In this document: positions 52,522 to 61,886 of the stretch, piece after piece
How positions within the stretch are numbered: position 1 is the first letter of the stretch
Layout: each line of letters begins with the position of its first letter
Assembly: GCF_016432865.1 (NCBI RefSeq)
Contig: NC_067401.1
Span: 113,460,001-113,524,000, forward strand
DNA from: Antechinus flavipes
Taxonomy: Eukaryota
DNA: 64,000 nt
Reading direction: 5' to 3'
Position numbers and translations under genes: made by a program
Notes under the pieces: generated by a model
What the model was told of the DNA's origin: nothing
The model's database searches: none
The model's input: the letters and a program-made list of their open reading frames with translations, nothing else

Positions 52522-53715
52522 TTACTGTTGTTTGAAGGGCCACTGAATGTGCTGCTGCTGCTGCTGCTGCTCCACAGGAGGAAAGTGCTCCTCTGGAATC
52601 TGTGGGACAAGCTCGGGCTCTTTGACAGGGATGGGAATTTCAGTACACCCTTGAGGTTCCTGTTGTGGTTCCAGCTGCTGCTGCTGCTGCTGCTGCTGCT
52701 CTTCCTTCTCCTCTAATTGCTGCTTTAGCTCCTCTTCTTTCTGCTCCAGCTGCTGCTCTAGCTGCTGCTCCAGCTGCTGCTCTAGCTGCTGCTCCAGTTG
52801 CTGCTCCAGTTGATTTTCCTTCTGCTCGAGCTGTTGTTCCAGCTGCTGTTCTTCCTTCTGCTCCAGCTGCTCTACTTTCTGATCCAGCTGTTGTTCCAGC
52901 TGTTCTTCTTTCTTTTCCAGCTGTTGCTCCAGTTGTTCTTCCTGCTGCACCAGCTGTTGCTCCAGCTGCTGCTCCTCTTTCTTTTCCAGCTGTTGCTCCA
53001 GCTGCTGCTCCTCTTTCTTTTCCAGCTGTTGCTCCAGCTGCTGCTCTTGCTTATGTTCTAGCTGCTGCTCCAGCTGCTCTTCTTTCTTTTCCAACTGTTG
53101 CTCTAGTTGTTCTTCTTGCTGCCCCAGCTGCTGCTCCTCTTTCTTTTCCAGCTGCTGCTCTTGCTTATGTTCCAGTTGCTGTTCTAACTGCTCCTCCAGC
53201 TGCTGCTCTTGCTTACTTTCCAGCTGTTGTTCCTGCTTACTTTCCAGCTGCTGCTCTTGCTTACTTTCCAGCTGTTGCTCTTGCTTACTTTCCAGTTGTT
53301 GTTCCTGCTTACTTTCCAGCTGTTGCTCCTGCTTACTTTCCAGCTGCTGCTCTTGCTTACTTTCCAGCTGTTGCTCCAGCTGCTGCTCTTGCTTATGTTC
53401 TGTCTGCAGCTCTTGCTTATGCTCCAGCTGCTCTTCTAGCTGCTGCTTTTGTCTATAGTCTGTCTGTTCCATTTGCTGCTCTCCTTTCTGCTCTTGCTGT
53501 GGAGTTAGAACAGGAACACATTTCACAGGAATTGTATGCTCTTCTTGCACATCTTGGACTTGCTCAGGCACTGGGCACGGTGCAGGTATTAGTGTGGGCT
53601 GCTTCACTTGTTCCTGTGGAACAGGGACAGGAATCTGGGGCAGGGGCTGCTTACACTGCTCCTGGCTGAAGGCAGGGGGAAGGCTCACAGGCTGTTTGTG
53701 CTGATAATCAGACAT
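52522..53715 (-). CDS. IVL: Involucrin (397 aa, single coding exon)
   Basis: Head has PVSLPPAFSQE and QEQVKQPT..PC. The centre is a Q/E/L/K tandem-repeat segment. The tail PVEQQQQQQHIQWPFKQQ resembles human PVEHQQQKQEVQWPPKHK (recalled). EDC gene structure and synteny with SPRR4 agree. Confidence 0.95.
   Translation of the reverse strand: MSDYQHKQPVSLPPAFSQEQCKQPLPQIPVPVPQEQVKQPTLIPAPCPVPEQVQDVQEEHTIPVKCVPVLTPQQEQKGEQQMEQTDYRQKQQLEEQLEHKQELQTEHKQEQQLEQQLESKQEQQLESKQEQQLESKQEQQLESKQEQQLESKQEQQLESKQEQQLESKQEQQLEEQLEQQLEHKQEQQLEKKEEQQLGQQEEQLEQQLEKKEEQLEQQLEHKQEQQLEQQLEKKEEQQLEQQLEKKEEQQLEQQLVQQEEQLEQQLEKKEEQLEQQLDQKVEQLEQKEEQQLEQQLEQKENQLEQQLEQQLEQQLEQQLEQQLEQKEEELKQQLEEKEEQQQQQQQQLEPQQEPQGCTEIPIPVKEPELVPQIPEEHFPPVEQQQQQQHIQWPFKQQ
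52675..52698 (-). repeat. (CAG)8 polyglutamine tract in IVL
   Basis: Eight uninterrupted ctg on the plus strand. A second (CAG)6 tract lies at 52552-52569. Confidence 0.95.
53200..53367 (-). repeat. Coding minisatellite, 7 x 24 bp, encoding (LESKQEQQ)7
   Basis: Seven consecutive units of consensus CTGGAAAGTAAGCARGARCARCAR counted directly. Confidence 0.97.
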
Positions 53716-55315
53716 CTTGTAGGTGATGTTAATTCTACCTAAAACAAAAAAAATTTAGTTACCACAAGAGCTCAAGAAGTTTGAAGGTTTGAAGTCAAGA
53801 ACAACAGGCAGCACTTGCTCTACTATTTTCCTGGCAATCAGGAGACCAATTGCTTAAGTTTAGCGTTGGGGTGGGAAAAGACTGTAGTTTGATGATAATC
53901 CTTATAGGCAGTATTAAGTTAGCATCTTGAGCCCTAGAAATTTTAAAACTTGCAGAAGCACTTTACATGTTATTTTATTTGATTCTTACCACAACCATCT
54001 GAGCTAGGTACTATTATTGTTCCCAGGGGAAAATGAAAGAGGTTAAGTGATTTGCCAGGGATTAAGCTATTAAGTATCTGTGGAGGCATTTGAACTCAAG
54101 TCTTTCTGATTCCAATTCTAGCACTTTATTCACTGTGCCCTATAGCTGTTCAACCCTTGGGGATTAAGTCTTTATCAACCACAGACTAGATCAACTCTAG
54201 GAGGTATGTGCAATTAGGGTTACATGACAGTTAGATTACTCCCCTCATCTTACATAAGATAATTTTCTTTTCCAAGGTCTCATTGGATACCGGCATTCTA
54301 TTCTAATTTATCTCTTTCCAATATAACACATTTTTGTAATTCAGTCATTTTTCAATTCTATCCAGCTATTCATGACCCGCATTGGGGTTTTCTTAGCAAA
54401 GATACCATAGTGGTTTGACATTTTCTTCTCTATCTCACTTTACAGAAAAAGATACTCAGGTAGAGTTAAGTGATTTGCTCAGGAATCACAAAGCTTATGA
54501 GGCCAGATTTGAACTCAATAAAAGAAGTCTTTCTGACTCCAGACCCAGCACTCTATAATTAACAGTATCTCAACCATTAAGAGTGGAATGAGAATATGAA
54601 GAAAAGTAAAGAAGGAAAAGGAGTCTACCCTGTGAGGTTCTTCCTTTCCTAAATTTGAAATACAGAATAAACCAATTTTCCACCCACTGAATGAGGTACA
54701 TTCAGTTTTGTGTGTGGAAAGTCAGTTCAATTTGCAGTCAAGGGTCTTGGGTCAGGATTCTGGCTCTGCAATTCACCTACCTTCTCTTTGACTCAGTTTC
54801 CTCATCTGTAAGATGGAAAGTTTCATTTAGATTACCTTTAAGATCCTATTCAGAACTAAATCTATGATCCTATCATATTAGAATGCTGATCTCCCACACT
54901 CCAAATTCTATTCCTGTAAAGAAATCATTGACAGTACAAGACACCTCTTCCCAGATGGGTTGGATGCAGGGCAAACTGGTCCCATCACCTCCTCCCATCT
55001 ACCTACCCCCATTATATGTTTCATTTCTAGTTAAATACATTATTTTAGATTGTGGTGCATTTTTGGATTATCTGTCCTATCCCTTCCCCTTTCTAAGCAC
55101 AGAGATAAAGATTCACAGGCTACGTGTACATTACTGAATTAGGGAAACATTTGGATACAGCTGGAATACATTCAGAACCTATTCAACCCATTCTTCCCCC
55201 CAATCACCAGCCAGGCTTCCCTGAGTTCTGTGGTCATGAAGTTGACCACAACGGAAGGAACACCACGTCAAAGGTGTTCAAAACAGGCCCCCAGGATCCA
55301 TTGGCTAAGACTTAC

Positions 55316-55363
55316 CAGTGTTCCCCAGAGGAAGCTGAATAGGAGGCTGCAGGAGTGTACAAT
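55316..55363 (-). other. IVL: Non-coding exon 1 of IVL (intron 55315-53739)
   Basis: TATAAA at 55392-55387 and Inr-like GCATT 29 nt downstream. Donor CACTG|GTAAGTCTTAG (GT at 55315-55314). Acceptor TTTTTTTTGTTTTAG|GTAG (AG at 53740-53739), 23 nt before the ATG. Confidence 0.85.
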
Positions 55364-55386
55364 GCTGAGCATGGGGTGGGAGAGGC

Positions 55387-55510
55387 TTTATAGCCCAACC
55401 TTCAACGTGTGGGGCACTGGAGCGGGATGGGGACTGACTGGTTTCACCACTCCGGGTTGGTCAACTTCCTCCAGTCCCTTCCTGACTCATACTCAAATCT
55501 GGTAGCAAAA
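55387..55510 (-). promoter_or_regulatory. IVL proximal promoter: TATA box, AP-1 site (AP1-1 equivalent), GRHL-like and C/EBP-like sites
   Basis: TATAAA 55392-55387; TGAGTCAGGAAGGG with AP-1 core at 55489-55483 (about -126/-120); AAACCAGT 55444-55437; TTTTGCTAC 55510-55502. Confidence 0.8.
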
Positions 55511-56539
55511 TCCCCTTGGGGGCTCTTTCTCCTAGGGACAGCTCCTATGCCACTGAAGCGTTTCTTCAGTGTGACACTCACCTGATGGGGCATCTTGCTA
55601 GGGTCTCTATTAGGTGAGGTATTTAGTCCTGGGATCCAGGGCCCTATTCCCTCTTCCCTTGTGACTGTAGCCATACCTCTTAATTTCCTCACCTGGAAAA
55701 TGGGCTGGCTGGGCCCCATTTCCCCTAGTGATTTTTGCTCTGCCTCTCCTCTGTACCTCCATTTCCTCATTTATAATGGGGGGGACAACATTTGCTGAAA
55801 TGTGAGATAAATCACAGGGTCTAAAGAAGAAAGGTACTTAGGAAGATCTGAGGATATGGGAGAAAAGGTAAAAGGGACAGAGCCCTTTACAAAGGAACAG
55901 GAAGAGGGAGCTGAAGTTTATCTTTGGACCCCCCAGTATGAAATGTGACTTCAGATTATAGAATGTTAGAAGCCATCTAGCTCAAACTCTGGCATAAGTA
56001 ATAAAACAAAATCTTATAAAAGTAATCTAGCTTTATATAAAGTCAAGGATATTTTCTTTTAAATTGGACAACGACTATGTCTCTAAAACCATCTAGGCAT
56101 TGTCTGGCATCCCATTCAAACAATGAAGCTGAAAGACCTAAAGGACCCTGTTTATATACACACTGATCACAGAGGTTGTTATTTGTCCTTCATTCTCAAA
56201 GAGGACCATGACATCAGGGAAGTGATGCTATGACATGCAAGTGAATTGGATTTAAGTGAGGGAGAGCAGTGCAAAGTTACCTGTCTCACTTTCCCCTCCA
56301 GAGCCATTTGGGTCCAGATGACAGATCAAGATGACAGTGCTATAGAGAGATGTGAGAAGTACATTGTGCTTCTCTCTTTTTCTTCGTTTAGAACATACAA
56401 TAAATATGGACATGTTGCAATGACAAGTAACTTGTTGCTGCTCCCATCTGGGGCAGATCCAATAAGGTTTCCCCGTTCTCCACAGTTTCTTCAATTTTTG
56501 CATCAAAGCTGTGGAACAAGAATTGCTGAAAAGTGATCC

Positions 56540-56870
56540 AAGACAACTCTGAAGGATTTAATGATGAAAAATGCTATTCATACCCAGAGAAAGAACTCAT
56601 TGTATCTGAATACAGATTGAAGCATATTTTTTCCCCTTCAGTTCATTTTTCTTGAGGGGTTTTTGGGGAGTGGGGTAAATTTATATTTTCTTTCACAACA
56701 TGAATTTTGGAAATGCTTTACATAATTTCACATGTGCCTTCTCAGTGGAGGAGAGGGAGAAAGAAAGAGAATCTGGAACTCAAAGTTTTAAAAAATAATG
56801 TTAAAAATTATTTTATATGTAACTAGGGAATGATAAAATATTAAATAATGAAAAAAGAATACCTGAAAAA
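56540..56870 (+). mobile_element. LINE-1 3' UTR fragment upstream of IVL
   Basis: atgatgaaaaatgcta...ccagagaaagaact...aatctggaactcaaagtttt with an A-rich end. Confidence 0.7.
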
Positions 56871-56939
56871 ACTTTGAAGAGAGGAGAAAGGGGGGGGGGA
56901 GTATTATTGATGAGAATGATGGAATTATCACTGGGATCA

Positions 56940-57940
56940 AATATCAATTACTTTGTCATTTAAATCTCTTCTGGTACCTGCCTACCTTCCTGGTCTTCTT
57001 AAACTCTATGTAGCTCCATTCTCTGAAATTCAATTACACTGGTTTAACGACACCTTTTCCCATTTCTGTGGGACAGCCTTTGTACTGTACTATCTGTCTA
57101 TGATGCCTGGGATTATCTCCCTCTTTACTTCTGCCTCAGTTTCCCTGGCTTCCATCAAAACAGCTTCAAGTCCATCTCCTACAGAATTCCTTTCCCTTCT
57201 CCACAGCTCTTGTAGCCTCTTCCCCCCGCCAAAAGTTACCTTATATCTCTTCTGTGTGTTTGTACACACATATACCTCATACGCACATATATGGGGTAGA
57301 GTGCACTTATTTGCTTTTTTTATGTCTTCCTCTCTAGAATTTAAGCCTCTAAACATCAGAGACTGTATTTGTCTATCTTCATATCTCCAGCACTTAGCAT
57401 AGTACCTGCCACATAGTAAGCAAATATAAATGCTTATTGTCTGACTGATGGAAATGTGTTCTTCAGAAAGGTTAATGAGATGGAAAAATCTCATCTCTCC
57501 CTCAACCATGAGCTTTTTTCTGAGACATGATACATGTTCCTTCAAGTGGCAGTTTCCAGCCTCCTTTTTCCCCAGCCTCCTTTCAACACAGATTTTTCTT
57601 AACTCCTCTCCCTCTTCTATTACTAGCTTTCTTTTCCCCCAACTTACCTCTTTCATATCAATACCCAAACTCATCCCACAGTCTTTGGGTACTACCTTCT
57701 TTATATACCCTCCTTTCCTCTCCCCCTGCTTTATCTTCCTCACCTCCTATATTCCATGCTGATATCCTTTCATTGTAGCCTATCTTCTCTTTCCTAGCTT
57801 TTCTCTGGGATCCAAGGCTGACATAAATCTTACTGAGTTCAAAGCAGGGGAGCAAGGGAGGAAAGAGGAGCTTTTGACCTTCTAAATTTGGAAATAAACA
57901 GTCCATCCCTATCTCATCCATGTTTTATCTCTCCCCCTGT
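56940..57940 (+). mobile_element. LINE-2 fragments upstream of IVL
   Basis: Pyrimidine-rich L2 body and L2 3' end (cacttagcatagtacctgccacatagtaag...aaatgcttatt). Confidence 0.6.
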
Positions 57941-58349
57941 CCCTTTTGCCTACACCAAAACGCCAATAATTCTTCCTAAGGGAAGGGAGAGTCAGAGGAG
58001 CCAGACCCCCATCTTAATGCCATACAGCATTCCTTTTCACCTAATACAATGACCCAGTTTTAAAGAGGGGTGAGGAAAGGAGAGAGATAGAGACAGAGAG
58101 AGCAGAAGGACCATCTATGGGATGAGAAAAAAAATCCAGGACTTAAGGTGGTGACAGTGGGGGTGATGTCAGAGCACTGAATATTCCCATCCAAAATAAT
58201 ACAACTCAAAGAAGCCCAGAAACTGGGATCCTCCAAAGAACCTGGGTTGCCTCATCTGCATGCATAATGCCCTGTCCCTTTTACCTCTGAATGCTGAGCT
58301 CACAGGTGAAATATGGCCCTAGCAACTCCATGACAGCCAAGAGGAGTTG

Positions 58350-58520
58350 GCAGCTGTCAAGAGGAAGTCACACCGGTCGAATGGGTTTCTTGGGCCGGGG
58401 TATCTGAGAGATGAATGCCCTGTGATTCACAGCATAATGAGGGCCCTGAGGGGAGTGTGGCTGTGTGAGTATTTGATCATTCCAGGAAAATCAAGAAGAA
58501 CAGGTGGGGGTGGGGCGGGG
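58350..58520 (-). promoter_or_regulatory. Candidate homolog of the IVL distal regulatory region (DRR, AP1-5 module)
   Basis: Minus strand reads CTCACACAGCCACACTCCCTCAGGGCCCTCATTATGCTGTGAATCACAGGGCAT...CAGATAC, resembling the recalled human DRR context (TTATTATGCCGTGAGTCAGAGGGCGG). Also a GC box at 58512-58520, an ETS core at 58362-58368 and an E-box at 58351-58356. Confidence 0.6.
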
Positions 58521-61432
58521 AAGAGGATGGAGGAGAAGATGGAGCAGAGTGAGAGAGAAGATGAAATTAGAAAATCCAAGTATAACTAGAAAAATCACAC
58601 CCCAGATTCTGCTTTCAGGGCTCCCCATTTCTCTGGTTGCCCTTTGAGGGAACCACTCTTGAGTGGGTTAATCTTAAATTAGCCTCACCTGCCTTAGGGT
58701 TGACCTCACAGGTCTACAAATTCACATGATGAGTGTAACTGTCCAGCCCCCACCCTGGATCACTAAGATGAACTCACACCTCATGACACCTAAGACTTCT
58801 GTGATCTTCTCCCCTGTTATCCCAGAGTATCTGTGTTAATATTAGGTCTCAGCCTGGTTCAGGAGCCCAAGGAGGTCATTGGCAGTTGCTTTTCTGGAAC
58901 AGGAGATTTATTGGTTTCTATCTGTAGTGAGCATTTTGGGGTCTGATATTTAGGAAGGAAAAGAGGGAAAGCACCTAAGTATCAGACCTCATAACTTCCT
59001 TCCACCTCTGGTCAAGTTTAGAGTCAGACTTTGGGTTAGGTTTGAGGAGTGGGAAGGGGAAGGGCAGGGAGAAAAGAGGGGAGGCAGGGACAGCTTTCAA
59101 CATGTTCTCACCATCCAGATATGCTGACGCCCACAGCTCCTTCTGAGAAGACATCAAATTTGGCCCAACCCTGGGCTTGTTCCTCGATAAAGGCTGCTCT
59201 CTCACCTAAATCTCACTTGCCTCCTCTATTCATGGGTCTCACTAGGGTCCAAGGACAAGGACAGAGAAAGGAGAGAAAAGATCCAAAAACTATTGTCAGA
59301 CTGATAGTGAAAATTTAGAGAATCCACTCCAAATGTTGTCATAGATTATTTGTGCCCAACCTGTGTGTGATCAGCCACAGTCAGACACGGATGCACTATA
59401 ATTTAACCCTAACATAGTGATATCATTTTGATCCCTTCTGAGAACAGGATAACAAGTATTAAGCCCCTTCACCGTGCAGACTATGCTACCATTTGCTCCA
59501 CATGCAGAGTCTGAGTCACACGTGGTCCAGTCCTTTGGGGAGTTCATCATCTAGTTAGGGTACTTGCACTAAGTATAATCTATAATATGATACCGGGGTT
59601 AGCAAGTTACCAAACAAAACGATAGCTGGATTTCAAGGGGAAAGGACAGGGAAAGGGCATGCTAGTAAATGTTTTAACAGTGGGCTCTCTGACTTACTCT
59701 CAAAAAATGTGCCCACAACACACTTTTTAGTTTAATCTGCAACAACAACATTTTCTCCATCATTAGTCTAGACAATCAACAGCAAAATAAACAAAGCAAG
59801 CCCTGATTTGTAATTTGCTGATTTTTGAGATATAGATATTCATGGAGAAAGTTTGAGCTGGTCCCAGAAAACTTTGAAAGAGAATGGGAGTAAGGGGGAA
59901 GGGGGAAAGAGAACCACTCTGAGGGATCCAAACAAGAAAACCTAGTGCTTCAGTCTTCCCTATCCCCAACTGAGCTTGCTTCCTTGGCCTGTTACATTAT
60001 TGGCTTTCCTTCCCTTCTTCCTTCTTCCTGCCACCTTCATTTTCTTTGTCTTTCAGTGACTCACTTTCATTCTCTAATCCTGGCTTTCCCAAGTGCTAGG
60101 TCAGCAAGGACAGAGTGAACCTCCGACCTCTATAGTGGATGTAGAAAGAAGTAGAGAGCAGGAGCCTTCTCTAGGCTGGGTGTGTGGTATGGAGGGCATG
60201 AGGAATGAAGTAGGAAGTCAGGAAATGGGGGAAATCGGAGGTTTCCTGAGTGCAGTTCCAAACCTGACCTTCTGATGGACTCTTGGATGGGATTAACATT
60301 CTCTCTCTCATATTTGTACTCAATCATCTGCTAGTTCTCCTNNNNNNNNNNNNNNNNNNNNNNNNNNNNNNNNNNNNNNNNNNNNNNNNNNNNNNNNNNN
60401 NNNNNNNNNNNNNNNNNNNNNNNNNNNNNNNNNNNNNNNNNNNNNNNNNNNNNNNNNNNNNNNNNNNNNNNNNNNNTGTCTGAGATCACATTTGAACTTA
60501 GATCCTCCTGATTTCAGGGTTGGTACTCTATCCACTGCATCACCTACTTGCCCCCTTAATCTTTTTTTCTTCCTAAAACCCTACAGTTGGATCTTAATTC
60601 TGGACCTTAAATAAGGAACTTTTAAGATCACCAATCCATGTTTCAACACTCCACTCACCCAGCCCACTCCAGTTTGTAAGTGAGAAAATGAGCTACAAAG
60701 AAGCAAAATGACTTACCCACAATCACACTGTTAGTTTGTAGTAAAAAGCTGTAATTCAGAACCCTTGTCTTGCAAATAAATGTTTCCCACTAACAGTGCT
60801 AATAATAGCATTTATATTCATACTTTAAGATTTATAAAATGTTTTACAAATATTATCTTATTTAATCCTCAAAACAACAGGATGTAGATGCTATTATTAT
60901 CCCTATTATGCAGAAAGCTAAGGTGATTCAAACACAGGTCCTCCTGACTCCAGACCCAGAGCTCTACTGAGCAACCCAGCTGTTTCTCCTAATGTCAAAG
61001 AATCTAATTTTGGGAACAAATGAAAAAAAAATTAAATAGTTACCATGTTCCTAACACTGTGTTAAGTGATGGAAATATAGATACATAAAGAAGGACTTCT
61101 TGTGCTCAAGGAGCTTCCATTCTAATAAGGAAAGACTACACACGTGAGGGAGTGATGGCGGGTGATAAGTGTTTTAGACTGGGAAGTCACAGGAGTGGTG
61201 ACTGGTGAGTGCAGTCACACGGCAAATGATTGATATGCTCTGAAAAGATTAAAATTGATCCTATATAATTTTCTTATTGATTTTATTTATAATTAATTGA
61301 TTTTGTCCTATAATTGCTTAAGTCTGAGATATTTGTCTCTGAATTTAGTTCAGAATCCAGCTGTCTTTAGAAATCCAGTTCTCCAGCTAATCACACTGTT
61401 CTGTTCTTACTTCAAGAAAATCTTGGGGATTT

Positions 61433-61886
61433 TGTGTGTGAACACAAAGGAGTCCATCTTTTATTTTAACACCACCAAGCCATCCTTTAAGGATGTCTGG
61501 TTTGCTGTCCAAAAAGGCTGTTCTGTTATCTTTTGACCTTACACCTGGACTCAAACAATGAGCACTTCTTAGGGTGAGGAGGGAAGAAGAGGATCATTTC
61601 TAGCCCTTCATTGACAGACTTCCAACCAGTCATATTGTTTCCTGTACCTCAGCATTGTAACCCATCATTTTCTCAATCCCATGATATTACCTACCCTGTT
61701 CTGTTCTTTGTTCAGTATTACATAAAACCTATTAAAGAGAAACTATCCTGCTACTCTGGATCTTTGGTATAAATGGAGGCATGTCATGACCCTTTATTAT
61801 TAGATAACATACCCCTGTTAATAAATGATGTCTTGCTTGAAGAAATTTAGCTCAATTTCTCTTTGGGCTAAATTTTGGTCATCACA
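61433..61886 (+). mobile_element. Probable solo LTR (ERV-type)
   Basis: TGTG...CACA termini with ATTT on both flanks (61429-61432 and 61887-61890), internal TATAAA at 61768-61773 and AATAAA at 61820-61825. The 5' end could alternatively be 61304. Confidence 0.55.

Larger units (their letters stand above)
24370..60476. other. Five assembly gaps: 24370-24525, 27004-27135, 35327-35509, 52276-52496 (inside the IVL 3' UTR), 60342-60476
   Basis: N runs. Confidence 1.

Noticed and set aside
53200-53367. 24-bp direct repeats as a CRISPR-like array
   Set aside because: No spacers; it is an in-frame coding minisatellite in a mammalian gene.
52665-53669. 334-aa Ala/Pro-rich ORF on the plus strand (and the Leu-rich ORFs at 52798 and 53209)
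   Set aside because: Antisense shadow of the CAG/GAG-rich IVL repeat, which lacks stops in reverse frames. It starts at a non-ATG codon with no promoter or splice support.
57090-57743. 217-aa minus-strand ORF
   Set aside because: Antisense reading of pyrimidine-rich L2 fragments, with a non-ATG start and no recognisable domain.
60030-60056. Strong plus-strand polypyrimidine tract and AG acceptor
   Set aside because: No matching donor or open exon found. Isolated acceptors are common.
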